Shown here in pieces: positions 33,780-46,572 of a DNA stretch of 64,000 nt. The position numbers and the translations under genes are program-made. Each line of letters starts with the position of its first letter. The stretch's first letter is position 1. The stretch lies in contig OZ374562.1 in assembly GCA_977862235.1 (NCBI GenBank), positions 1,798,001 to 1,862,000 of the forward strand, read 5' to 3'. The stretch comes from Dudresnaya verticillata (taxonomy: Eukaryota). Under the pieces are notes generated by a model. The model was given only the letters and a program-made list of their open reading frames with translations. It did not search any database and was not told the DNA's origin.

Positions 33780-34525
33780 TTTGGAAGAGTTACTGTGTAT
33801 TGCTTTTGTAAACTCACAACAAATCTTGCCGTCGAACATTAGTAATTGTAGCACATCAACCATTGAACTTCCGACCTTGGTTAAGGCGTCGGCGACATTG
33901 ATTGTTCCAGGAATCCAAATGAGGTTTTGCAGTGACTTAGTCTCATAATAATACCGAATAAGTTGAGCATCAGCGAATATTGACTTGTCATTAGGAACAT
34001 GACATATAGATAGGGATGAAAAAGGTTCTTGGAGTCATCCACTACAGAAAGTGCTACGGATCCACAGAGTAAAATTGAATACGTGAAACTGATTACTCAG
34101 CCATCATCTACTGCCTCGCTAGCAGCCAGAATTTCTGCAGATGAACTAGATTTTCCTGGTCTTCTTGACAAGTGCGATTGCCAGCTTAGGACATGATATA
34201 CAGACCCTTTCTTGAGATCACCGAAAAATAAACCTGAAACATAAGCGCGTTGACCATTTTCTGAAGGACTTGCAGCGTTTGAGAAAATTACCACAGTCAG
34301 AGGAAATTGCCCTTTAACAAGAGTCTTGAAAACCGTCACGTAACCGACTTTTTGAAGCTTTCCAATAAGATGACATTGACGTATCACATCTTGGACTGAT
34401 GGCGATGAACTGCGTTGTTGGAGATAGCTCGTGTAGAATGCAGCTAAGGGACTAACAGTTTGTCCTTAAAATCCAATGGAACCGTTCTTAGATGCATACT
34501 GGTGTGGCACAACTGGTGCTTTTCC
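33780..34525 (-). pseudogene. Decayed Copia pol, RNase H part (host of Gypsy-2)
   Basis: SWQSHLSRRPGKSSSSAEILAASEAVDDG and WIPGTINVADALTK, with stops; joins the 58408-59135 piece across TSD TTTCC (EELNALEKHQL). Left coordinate approximate. Confidence 0.85.
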
Positions 34526-35910
34526 TGTGGTATAACGAAGTCCACGGTGACGCGGGGTCTCGGTCTCGTGGTATCGTCTCGAGTAAACGCTTTTTCTCCT
34601 ACTCGACTCTTCTTTTCCCTCGTAGTGATATTCACGTAGTTGTTAGCGTCGTAGCGTTAGCTTAGTAGCTTCTCGTAAACGAGCTTCGTGCTCAAGTGTG
34701 CGAATCTGGGACTTGTTCGTGGTGCGGCTTCGTTTTTCGTGATGCGTGTGACGTTGATTACGCATAAAATTACGCGTATTTCCTTCGAGGGGCTGAGACA
34801 TCGAGACTTCGTGAGATCTGCGTGCACGGCCCCCTCCTCAAGGCGGAGGCGTCCGCGCCCACGTGCTTGGGGGGGTTGGCGGATACGCGCTCCTCGGAGA
34901 GCTGCGCGGGTGTTGCGATGACAAGTACGTGAGCTCCGGGGCTGTGGCGTGCGAGCTGCTGCGGTGGCGGATCGGGCGCAGGCGCATGTTCCAGCGAGCT
35001 CCGAGGCAAGCGGTCATCGGGCGCACGTCGAGGACTCCGTGGTCGCGTCGAAGGTGCGTCGTAAAAGAGGGGTGAGCTCCGGGGCTCAAGCGAGGGGTTG
35101 AGTCGGCATCTGCGCTGCTCCGAGGCAAGCGATCGAGCGAAGTCGTCGTGAGGCGCGGGTTGCGAAGGCGAAGTGCGCGTTGCGGGTGGCATCGGCCTCG
35201 AAGTATGACGTCAGGCGCGTATGACAAGTTACGTATAGGTCACCGTGTCCGTCCGTCGCGGTGCCAGCTCCTGTAATGCGAATGCCACGGTGCAACCGGG
35301 TGTGCGCGGTGCGTCTTTGCGGATTTCACGAGGGGCGCTGAGTGGGGGCGGTGGTGGTCGACACCGCCCGACGTCGTGGAGCGCAACTCCGCGGTGGCGT
35401 TGGCGTCATGATCGCGTATCGTTGATGCGGTGGCGTGTCGTCTCCGAGGTCCTCGGTGTCGCGCGGCGCGCGGCCGAGGAGTAGCGCGACGAACGCTTCG
35501 GCTCCGTTTCAATCCAGTGCGGGTCGAGCTAATCGAAGACGGCGATCACGAAGCGTGCTGTGTCGAAGTCGACTTCGTGAATTATGCGAGAAAGACTGCG
35601 AGTTGCCGCCGAAGGTTGCGTTGGCGTGCGTCGCGTGCCATCTGCTCCGAAGCATTCGTGTATGTCGGGGCTGTGGTCGTGCGCGATGAAGGCGCGACGC
35701 GGAAGACGGAGACGAGTATCACGAAGTTGGGCCACGAGAGGCGCGTAGTGGTACCATGCAAACGTATGCTCCGGGGCAATGGAAATGAGCACTTGCGTAG
35801 TCAGCTCGTGATGCAAGAACGGAGTGGGGCGCCGGGGCCATTCGCGTAAGGAGCTTCGGGGCCGCGCAACTCGAGTGGGCATAGGCGTTATTCGGGCTGC
35901 GGGGTGCGGA

Positions 35911-36622
35911 TCACGAAGTCGGAGCTACGGAACCACTCGGGGTCCCAGTCGGAGAGCCATTCGTGGGCGAGAAGCACGGGATCACGCGGGTCCGCTTGGA
36001 TTCGAAGCCTTGCGAAGTAGCGCGAAACGAGATCTTCGGGCACGTGCGTACGAGGTCCCACGTGGGTGTCGCGTAGCCGTTCCACTTGATACGAAACACG
36101 AATTTCCCGTTGTCGTCGGTCGAGTGATCGAGGATGCGACCGACAACGTACTCGGGGCCTTCGTTGACCTTTTCCGCAATGTCTTCGGGTCGCGTAATCG
36201 ACGGTTGCGTATTCGCAGGTGGTGGCGCGTAGATGCAGCGGTCCGCGGAGACGCGTTCAACGAGGCCCTTGCGATCGATCACGAGTGTACGCGTATCGTT
36301 GAAGAGCACTTTGTACGGCCCCTCCGCGGGGATTTCAACTTCGGAAGTTTCATTTTCCCATCGTGGGTATCGAGGAACACGTAGTCTCCGGGTTTGACGC
36401 GGCTCTTCGTGTGGCGGATGCGCTTGTCGAAGTCGCGTTTGTAACGATTTTGAACTCGCTGTAACGAAGTGCGTGCGGAGTCGATGGCGAAATCGAGTCG
36501 CTTAACGAAATCGTTGCGAAGATCCTCCGTGGGTTTCGGGCGATGCTTTCGGGAGCGATGTTTCACGGTGAACTCGGATGGCGGTCGCGACGGCACGAGG
36601 TTGAACGGAGTTGTCTTCGTAG
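35911..36622 (-). pseudogene. Gypsy-2 integrase C-terminus and chromodomain
   Basis: KTTPFNLV...QNRYKRDFDKR...GDYVFL; EYVVGRILDH...FRIKWNGYATPTWD; frameshifted. Confidence 0.88.
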
Positions 36623-37170
36623 AACACGCATTTGAGCGATTTCAGAATATGACTTTCTAAACAGACTGGAGTCGAATAGCTATTTTCTGGTATCGTTGGA
36701 AACGGGAGCATCCCCTGAGTACGGTGGTGAAATCCGATTGGCTAACTGACCATTCCTTCGAAAGTTATGGTGGATTGCGTGAATTTACCCAAAATATTTC
36801 CAGGTATTCTGAATTTCAATTTCCTTGCGTCACTTTGGCCCGCGCGGCCCACTTCGCGGTCCGCACTGGGCCAAATTGGAAATTGCCGGCCCGCAGCATG
36901 CCCCTCGCCGCGCGTGCTGCATGCGTGCCGCATCGCCCATCTGGCCCGCCCCGCGCGTGCTCGGCGCCGCCTACAGACTACCCCGTCACCAGTTTTTCGG
37001 CTTTCTGGTGCAACGGGTGCACTGTGCTTTGCGCTTCTGTGTACAAATGCGCACGCGACCGTATACAGACTGCCTCGTCACCCGCCCCCCCGCCCCGCCC
37101 CGCGACGCACAACTCCTTGGGCAAAACCTGCTGTCGCGGTTGCCCACCCTCGTGCACACCGTGGATTCCG
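36623..37170 (+). repeat. Left TIR (about 548 bp)
   Basis: Reverse complement of 50703-51249, roughly 95% identical by eye count. Confidence 0.93.
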
Positions 37171-38991
37171 CTGCCGTCACCTCGTCAGCGCGCCCTGCCC
37201 GTCGCTCCCCGTCGCTCCCCGACCGCGCTGCACGAGCCGCCCGCCCGTATTTCTCTACGATGGGACGCCACATGCCGATGTCATGACAACTCGCAGACAC
37301 AAGTATGGCCATTCCATGACACGCACCCAACACTACGTAGTTCGTTAAGTAATGATAATAGAATGTATAAGCCTGCAGCTGTTTCCCGGTTAACCACGCG
37401 CGCGACCGATTGCGTTGTCGACACTCCAAAGGTTCCCCGTTCCAACCATGTCCGTAGGCTCATCCATTGAGGCAACTTCGCAAGCTCCATTGGGGGAAAG
37501 TAAATGAGGCGTTTGGTAAGCTCATTCAACCTTGAGGGGGATCGCTTCCAGTCCACCACCATTGCGGTTGAGAATAGCGTCCAAACTCCCACGACCCTGC
37601 TCCCCAGACGCATCAGGGTTATTAACATTCAGTGTACTCAATAACTGAAGCACTGACAATCTACGGTGTTAAATGAGCAGGACATGCTCATGAAAGGGAC
37701 ATGCTTCCGCTGTTGGCGACATTTGTTGACGCACTTCACATTGCCTCTTCAGCTGCCATTGCGGGTTCCTGGTGCAGGTATGGTGCTGCCTGCAAGGCGT
37801 ACATAGCCTCTTCATGAAAAGGATATAATACATGCGGCAATTGCCAATACACCTCGGTTGTTTACTGCCTGTATCATGCGTCTCAGTGGGTCTCAAGCCA
37901 TAATTGTGCCCAGCTCGTTTCGTAATGCCTGAACGGGTCTGAATACAGTTGGGAGGGATACCATCAGCCGAGATTGCTGAAATGAAGACGAGAACCCAGA
38001 TAGGTCGTTCTGATACCACTATTGATAACTCTATTTTGCCGGCGCATACTCCCCTTCCCCAATACAGGGCTCTGGCTTGCACATGTATTGAAACAAGCGT
38101 CAATATCAACATTTGCAGTATTAACTGTTCCGAATACGTGGCGAAGAAGGAATCAATATGCTGGTCCCCGTTTCGAGAGGATAGCGGGTTAAACTTCGCG
38201 TGTCTGAACATTCGACGTGGCAGGCATGATGAATCCAATCTTGTATTTAGGTACAAAAAGTACACGGTATATAGCCCAGTGGAACAATAGCGATCCAACG
38301 TCCTGATGCAGAATCCCCCGCTGATGTACTACCCCCTGTAGGAGTCCAAAGGCACATCCTCGTACGTAAGGGGAAGATGTCTGACTTCGTACCTAGGGAG
38401 CCTGCACGAGAAGTCAGTGATGAACTGCTTGGGAAGAGCCAGGATCTGTCGTGTCTGGATTTCAATGCCCTGCGCAGACCAGAGGAAACTGATAAAGATA
38501 TGGTCCGCCGCATTGGTGAGTCCAACGTACTCGCATTAATTGACAACTGCATCTCCGAAGGCAAGCGGTTCGCCGGCCTTGAGGCACTGGGAATCAGACT
38601 ATTCGACCGGTCTGTTTTTCCTGCATTTATGGAACGCGTTCATGGACAGGCAAATGCAAAGAACTACGGACAAACGGAACCAGTTGGAGGTTTCAAGGCC
38701 TTCCTAGGTGATATTCAGCAGAGAGAGGAAAGAAGCTGATGTCAAATCCCGACACAGCTATTGTGCTGGAAGTACTCTCGCGGGGACATGGCAAATTCAA
38801 AAGCCGCCAGGAGCGTAATTCGTATTACGTCGCTCGTCAAGAATACAACCGTCGACGTCTTTTCGTTTCTAACATTACCGACGACGAAAGGTACGGCCAT
38901 AAGCACACGTAGTCAAGACCGACGCGCGTCTCCAAGTACTACTCCTTGCTACGCATTCAGATTGATTGGTCGACTTCACCCTTGGTCGATA

Positions 38992-40435
38992 TTAAACAGA
39001 CTTGCACGACGAAGCTTTCTTATAAATGAGGCGCACGTCATGCTCCGCACGGGCCGCCCTTGCCTCCTTTACCTCCACAGTCCCTTCTGCGTTAGTTTTG
39101 GCAAAATGCCAAGTCAGGAGAAGGCGGCACATTCGCTCCATCTCCCGTACTGGCTCGCTTGCCAGGCGAATAGCCTCGACCAAGACGGCATCGATTTCAT
39201 GAGCTTCGGATCCGGAGGAAGCATCCCCCGATACGTAATCAAGCTTCTTCATACCCCCACGGTATACCACTGTGAGCATGTTCTGGTCATGATCGTATTG
39301 ACCCATAACGACCTCAAACTCCCGGGCACGGTTCTCTTCCATGACTCTTTATCCACCCTTCACCTCCAAGGATCGCATTATACGTTCCAAAAATTGTAAA
39401 GAGTCACCATTAAGGCGGCGCTGCTGCTCTGCCAATCTACGCCTCAATTCACAGCGCATGAGGTCATGAAATGCGCAGAAACCGGACTCTATGTCGTCCG
39501 GCAGCACCGGGAGGTCAATGAGAATGTCGATAGTAATAGGAATGACTACACTTCGGCAAGAAATCCTCTTCTCTGTGTGTACAGCCCTATTTCTGTTCCT
39601 CAGTACCGTCGAGGAGGTTTGTAAAATGCAACGATTGCGCGCTTTCAAACGGAAAGTAACACTTGTAGCTAATGGCTTTTGCTTTGTACGAGGCTTAGGC
39701 ATTCTCTGTATACAAATAGGGATATATCTTCGATTGGACACGTTCAAATTCCGGTAATCAGAATGACCGTACTGCACCGAAGCACTTATACCGGCGGCAG
39801 TATGAGGACCCTGCAAAAATGCAGCCTCAACTTGCTGGATAGTTCACATACACCGCCCAGATATTTGGTGAAACCGCAGATCAGACTGTCTGAACCTCCG
39901 CAGAATAGGGCTCTTTTGTATTGCTAGTACGAGGACATGTTGACCTGTGCAGAATTCTGGAACGTATTTACAGGGATCACTTGGACACTCTGGTACAGGC
40001 TCTATTATGGTCTCACGTATGGTATTAATCATTTCCCTGGCCTTGATATTACTTGTATCATTGGGTAACACGCATACTTACGTTTGTCGTGGCATCTGAT
40101 GGCAGATTGTGATCATCAGTTTGTTTCGGTGCTGCAGGGGTTTTACGATGACCATATCTGGAGGGTGGAGGCGCAGGTTTCAGGAAATGTCAATGTTAAA
40201 CGATTCTGCGAGGGCGAACAGTAATCTCTTGCCAATTCGAAAACCCGAAGGTATTCCTATCGTTTCTGACGAACACGTTCATGTTGGTACAATCGGAATG
40301 ACTGTACGTTTGCGAATCGTCCACATCACCCCCAGTCCAAGGGAGTGTGCCTACGCAGGCACACGTACTTCCAATTTCCCCCCCACGTTGTGGAACTATT
40401 TCGTATGCCCATTTCTTACCCGCCTTGAGCATCAT
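38992..40435 (-). pseudogene. Possible decayed cargo gene of unknown function
   Basis: Chain of same-strand ORF pieces; 39349-39816 and 38992-39342 are in frame across one stop; GTAAGT donor at 40081. No family recognised. Confidence 0.3.
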
Positions 40436-40926
40436 TTAGATACCCTAGTAGGGCAGCTGTGAATCGGAATCACTGTACAGTTGGACGGTTAGAACTGACT
40501 TCCAAATATTTTCTGAGAAAGTACGAACTTAGAGTGAACACCCCTACCGCACAATACGTCGATATATTTACCGACGACTAATAGAACCCTGCAGTGATTT
40601 ATAGCTTCAAGTAGTCTCACGGAATGGATCAGGGCGCCACCAATGGTACAGAACTCTAACTATCTTTCCAGCAACGTTAAAACCGTACGTGAGGCTGTTA
40701 GTCCTGCGGACAAACCAAGTTTCCAGGCATGAGCTGGAAACGGGCATGATATATCCTGTCTTGCAATGCCGTGACCACTGACCTGTCTACGGACATATTG
40801 TTGTAAACCCGAAGTGCTCTTCGTGGAAACCGTAACAATTATCCCTTTCTCAGCAGCTTAACGCAACCAGTTGGAAACACCTACGGCAACCAGTTAGAAA
40901 GACGTACGGCGACCGTTTGTTCAAAA

Positions 40927-42603
40927 GTGCTGAATTATACTTTTGGCTGGATGGGCATGAAACGTTCTGGAAAGGGTGCTGTTACACAGTCTGCAGCGGA
41001 CCAAAATTGCTCTTCTGCAAGTATAGGGAGGGCATTGTTTTCTGACGTGATGGAGGGTTCCGTGAATATGAGAATTGGCCCCAGGGCGTGCTTCCCGCTA
41101 ACGGCAATAAGACCCATGGTGCGCTCCGGAGTGGAACGGCTCAAAGCTCGCATTCATCTACACTCATCAGAGAAGAAAGGCGGTGAAGGGACCATTGGGC
41201 ACGTTGCCGGGTCTGACTCTCCAATTGTCCTCGAAATGACAGGGTCTCTGCGGGTTCACGTCGTTTCCTATTTCAAGAATATGAAAGGGGAAGGGAAGGG
41301 GTACACGGAGGAGGAGGCTTTGGAGAAGGAAAACAATCGCTCCAAATGGTACGGCATTGTTGACGGCTTGCATAGACATTGCGTTATTTTGGAGTTAATG
41401 GAGGAGTTCCCAACAGTCTGGCAGTCTCTCGCATGGCCTGTAACGATTTTGAACGGTGGGCACAACGTCCATGAGCTCCGGCAGCTGGCACGACATCAGA
41501 ATGAGAAACACGACCAGGGATACTTTATCGAGACTACATTCTTTGACCTGGTCCGCGGTCTGCGGGAGGAGGCGGAGAGGTTACAGACCAAGACTGGGAA
41601 ACAACCAAATGCCCCAAAAATTGCGGAGGCGTATGACGGTTCGAATTTATATCGGAACAACGCCATTAAACAGACTGCTCAGACGGTTATGCTGTTGGAT
41701 ACGAGAGTGATTCACGCAATTGGACAAATTGCAAATGAGGAGAGACCGGATCTAGCTGCAAAGATGACAGGAGACAAGGAAGGGACAACGCTCGAAAGGG
41801 ACGGAGCAATGAGAACGGTTGACTGCCGAGTCTACAGAAAGTTCATCCACAATTCATCACTGAAGTCTGCAATCGCCTTCATGAATGCGAACAAACTGCA
41901 GGATGGCGTAGAAATACAGATTTCAGCTTTGTACCGACTACGCGAAGTATATCGACTTCAGCGTTTCCGGTCAGTCACCAGCTTTCAGACTCTGGAACAA
42001 TTTGAACGGGCGAAAGAAGCAATGAGGGAAACACGGAAATTCGAACGCCTTATCGAGAGCCAGAGTTGGCCTGAAGGTATGAATGTCATTCGCCAGAACC
42101 TCCTTCACTCCACGAAGCTGGACCACGAGGTGCGTGCAAACTTTGGAAATGACCACTATGTGCTCAAGCCATTGATAGCCGCTTATCGAAGGGAATGCCC
42201 GCAACAAGCTCCACTTAAGGAAAAGAAATTCAAGCACCAGTTCCAAGCAGAAACTGATTCTGGGAAAGATACATCTCCAGGCAAAGGAGAAAGTGAGAAG
42301 CCAATAGTTTCAGCTTCTGAGATTGATAAGACGAGTTCTGAAGTCGATAGAAAACCTCAAGAGGGGAGAGAAAAAGACTCGAAGGGGGGCCTTCGTGGCC
42401 AAAAGCAGTCGGAAGTCGTTAAGGAGACTGTAACTGACACGCAGAGGCAGAATGCGCAATCGGTCCTGGATCGTACAGATGGCAACGACACAGGTGCATT
42501 AGCTGATAACAATGACATCACTAACGAGTGTATTGGACCGGGTCACATTGAGGGTTTTCGCAACCGGGCTACAGATGAGATTCCCGAACTTCCTAGGCAG
42601 TGA
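40927..42603 (+). CDS. ParB/Srx-like domain protein (558 aa) with low-complexity charged C-terminus
   Basis: Long uninterrupted ORF; WYGIVDGLHRHCVI (DGxHR motif) followed by ELRQLARHQNEKH and a helical region. Exact start uncertain. Confidence 0.65.
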   Translation: MLNYTFGWMGMKRSGKGAVTQSAADQNCSSASIGRALFSDVMEGSVNMRIGPRACFPLTAIRPMVRSGVERLKARIHLHSSEKKGGEGTIGHVAGSDSPIVLEMTGSLRVHVVSYFKNMKGEGKGYTEEEALEKENNRSKWYGIVDGLHRHCVILELMEEFPTVWQSLAWPVTILNGGHNVHELRQLARHQNEKHDQGYFIETTFFDLVRGLREEAERLQTKTGKQPNAPKIAEAYDGSNLYRNNAIKQTAQTVMLLDTRVIHAIGQIANEERPDLAAKMTGDKEGTTLERDGAMRTVDCRVYRKFIHNSSLKSAIAFMNANKLQDGVEIQISALYRLREVYRLQRFRSVTSFQTLEQFERAKEAMRETRKFERLIESQSWPEGMNVIRQNLLHSTKLDHEVRANFGNDHYVLKPLIAAYRRECPQQAPLKEKKFKHQFQAETDSGKDTSPGKGESEKPIVSASEIDKTSSEVDRKPQEGREKDSKGGLRGQKQSEVVKETVTDTQRQNAQSVLDRTDGNDTGALADNNDITNECIGPGHIEGFRNRATDEIPELPRQ

Positions 42604-43334
42604 GGAGCTCCTCATCTCATCGATCTCGCGCTCATGACTAACGGGTCCGAGTGAAAACGACATGAATACTTGGTTCTGGGCGACGCGGCAGCAGATGGAG
42701 GTGTATTTCTTGGTGGGCTTCAGGTTTCATGTGAGTGGCTTGTCATAAGAATATGTTGAGCCGGTGTGGTGATGAGCAGATTCCTTCGTCTTTAAATCCT
42801 CAGATTAAGCCCCGAGATGAAATGGTCATCAAGGTGAATTGAACCGAACACCGCAAGCTGACGTTGCCCGTTGGTGACGTATAAACATATTGGCCTCCTC
42901 ATGCTGTGTATGAAAGAGATGGCGCAACGCCTAGGCGAGAGAGTGAGCTCACTCTCCTTTTATTAGTAGTGAATACAATCGCATCCATTCTGCGATACCC
43001 CAAGTAGCATGATACCCTTAAGGCTAGAATGCTAATCTACGATAATTATCATGTGGCCAGCCAAACTTTCATACTGTACCAATGCAGGAGAGAGACCAGT
43101 GGTTCTGTTTCGCCCACTTCGTTTGCAGGCTGCAGGCATTAAAGGTGTTTATCTCACGACTATTACTCTACAAGAAATCCGATTTACCCAGCAAAGATGC
43201 TGCCTCATGAGGCAGCGTGCACTCTCTGTTCCATAGCGCGACATGCATTCACTCTAACTCTTTCCCATTTCTGCACCCAGAATATTGACACCCCTTTGAC
43301 GCTTGTTTCGGCTTCACCTCCGTCTCACTCCAGG

Positions 43335-46300
43335 CTAGTTGCTTTCCATGTCATTTGCTTCCGGTTCCCCCGCCTCTACCGGAGTAATATTACTTCTGTG
43401 GTCTCCTCTGTTTCGCATCTCTAGGGCTTCCCTGATCTTTCGCTGCACCGTGACGGGTATTCCAGAGTTGTCTAAACGCGCGAACTCCACTAAAACCAAC
43501 TTCCCCGGGACCGTATCGCTCCACGGTTTGAAATGCCTATTTGCATCGGTTATTCTTGCCTTCCGATAACGCCCGGTAAAAGTATTCCCTCGAGTACTCC
43601 TTCTCTTGTACCACTCTACTTGCAAATTGGTAACCTTGCCCCCCCGTCCGTCTCCCAATTCATCACCTGCCCAAGCCAGAACGGGCATCCTTCGGTACAG
43701 TCGTCGCCTAGTACGGCTACAAAGCTGTTCTTTGTGTAAGTGAGGTCCTGTTCCACTACATTCTCAGCGTCTGACCCCGATTCCGAGGGTGCGCTAGGGC
43801 CCCTCCCATCCGGTTTGTAAGCCCCTTCCAACTCAAACACATCCCCCAATGCCCAGTGGAATGGGTCTTCACGGTCCTCGTAAACTCTATCACGAAGTGC
43901 CAACAGCTTCTGTAGCTTACTGTGATTGTTGATTCTGGTCTCGGCGGATCGTAGACGCTTGGTTAATTCGTGCTCATTTGGTGGTGCTCGACAGGGAGTC
44001 GGTGGAGTCCGGTGCAGGTTGGGGGGAAATAATAAGAATCCCCCTGGCCATCTCGCGTATGTAACGGTTTCCAAGAGTCTTTGCAGCCCGTCTTCACTTC
44101 GCAGAGAGTCTTGAACGTACCGGCGTCTATGTCCTTAGCTCCTTCCGCACTGAACCTAAAGTACCGATATTCTGAAATGGGCTCGGTACGCCCGAGGCAT
44201 CTGGTCTCTTTGCACAGCCCGGAGAAATTTATAATGTGCAACATCTCCGTGACACACGGTTCAGGATTGTATGATTGCCGTAGTTCGTGCATGAGGTCGT
44301 CCATGATAATGGCGTCTCGAACGCGTAATCTCTTCGAAGTGCAGCTGAAAACTTGATCGATATCGGCATGCGTGTGACCGATGGGGAGAAACGACGCATG
44401 CACTTCCGGAAATACACCCATAGTAACTAGATACTCCAAGTAGCCGAACATAAACCTGTTCTTATTCTCCCTAGTACAGTTGTCGACCTGGAGGAACAAA
44501 GTACCCTTCAGTGGCATCCTGTCTCTGCGTGCCATCAATACGCGATGCAAAGCTTCGATGACATGGTTTGCACCTGTTTCGAGCTCGGCAGTCATCGTGA
44601 AAAGGTTTAGATGTGAGACTTGGCCATGCTCTAAAACGCCGATTGCTTTGGCCTTCATTCCGTGTCCGCGTGTGTCCTTCACCTTGATGTGGAAGTGTGG
44701 CAGTTCAAATGCGGACTGGTAAGCACCGTCGATGATGAGTGAGCAATAGTTCTTCGGATACATCGAAGCCATCTCACACTTCTTTCGATATTCTGTTCGC
44801 TCCTGCATGACCATTGTTAAGTGCCGTGCCCGCCGCTCGCGAAACGCTTCGGTTCCCGCTAGATCCGTTGCCGCTTTTGCAAGAAGATCTTTGATCTCCT
44901 CGCACTCGGGGCATTTTTCAAACCGGTGAGTTCGCCTGACCTTAATCTACGGACAGCTACGGAGCCAGATACTATAAACGTAGCTCTGTGATGGTGTTGA
45001 TCTGTTAGGGTACAGAGTGCGGTGCTCAGTCACAAACGTGTTATAGACTGCAAGCTTCTCATAGAAGGGGAGGTGGATTTCAGCCTTGTCTGGTTGAGAA
45101 TCACCAGACACTTCTGCGAGGCGCTCCAAGAACGACGTTATCACCTCCATCTGTTCCGTAGAAGTACCACCAACTATCAGCCCCCTCCCTTTCCTTTGGC
45201 GGCTCTTGTTCGTTCCTTTCACTGCCGACTGCAGGTCTCTAGAGAAACCGAAAGCCTTGTCCAGAAATGAGTAACAAACCGGCCGCCCGCTGAAGAAGTA
45301 CATGTTGGAGTTGGGTTCCAGTAGTCCCGTGAGGTATCGCTTCCTTTCCGCGTGATTCTTGTCCATCATTTTGCGTGACTCACCCCTGATGTAGACTGAC
45401 TCGATGGTTCCGAAGCATTGTGTCGTTTTGGCAGCAGAAAATGTTTGAGATATCCTCCTCTCCATCACCTCCACTACCTTTCTCCTCTTCGCAGCCATCA
45501 AATGCCCCGATGGTGTTCTTTTCGGACGAGCATCATGTCTATAATTCCTCTTCCGGCTCGTCCTAGCACTCGCCTGGCCGCCTCCACGCCCTTCTAGTGC
45601 CATCTCCTCCCCTTCGGAGGGGTGCCAATCCGGCGTGTCGGAATCAGCATCCTCCCCATCGTCTGCAGTCCCGACATCAGGATGCTTTTCTTCAGAAGCG
45701 TGATCACGACCTCCCGCACATTCTTCTGCTGTAGTGTCGACGGGAGCATTGTCTTCTTGTGCGCCGTTCCCGGATTCTCCTTTCTCCCGTTCAGCGTCGG
45801 GTGGTTTTGGAGCCGCGTCATTACTTCCCAGTTTCGATAACACAGCTTCCGTGTTTTCTTTGCCCTCTAATTGGTACGGTCGCGGGCACATACGGGCGGG
45901 ACGCTCCGGGGTATAAACCAACGCGGTCTGCGCAACTGCAGCAGCAGGGGGTGTAGAAGGCTCACATGCTATTGCAGCCGGGAGTGTAGACGGAACACGT
46001 GGTGTTGCTGGCAGTATAGTAGTGCGGTCATTACCTTCTCGGTGTGGCTGATCGTTGGGATCATACTGACCGGTACGGGTGATTTGTTTCGTCACTGTCC
46101 GCTTATGAGCAAGTCCCCGACCCCCCCTACGGCCTGACCGCCTAGTTGACCTCCTGGCACGAACAGTGTGCCTACCACTTGGTTGCTCCATTGCTATCCG
46201 AGGGAAAGCTTCCCCGGTCGCCACGCCGGCTTCTCCAGCACCGCCTGTAGGTTGCGGCTTCAAAGTGCGGACTTGCTCCCTGTCCCATACATGAATACCC

Positions 46301-46572
46301 ACATTTCGACCAGCTAGAGTGGTGGGGGGAGACTCTATACCGGGATACTTATACATGTACCTCTTGTCCCCATGTCCATTCCGAATACGGACATTATAGA
46401 TGACTATCCATGTCTCCTTCTTCCGCTGCACGTCTCTTAACCACGTTCCATGCATCTCAACTCTGAATGAACATGTACTGTCTGCCTCTTCCGGAGACGC
46501 CGGAGTCATTGGATCAGCCGTACCCACCTCCTCTCCGTTCAGCAACAGAACTACTTTCTTCGACGCTGACAT
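43335..46572 (-). pseudogene. DDD-type transposase (Sola-like) pseudogene, about 1070 codons
   Basis: RFEKCPEC, HLTMVMQER, SLIIDGAYQ, LFLQVDNCTRENKNR, FLPIGHTHADIDQVFS; in-frame stop at 44947-44949; frameshifts near 44050 and 43650. Confidence 0.8.

Noticed and set aside
36724..37470. 248-aa ORF and its 265-aa counterpart at 50351-51148
   Set aside because: Both are translations of the GC-rich TIR, diverge by frameshift and show no protein motifs.
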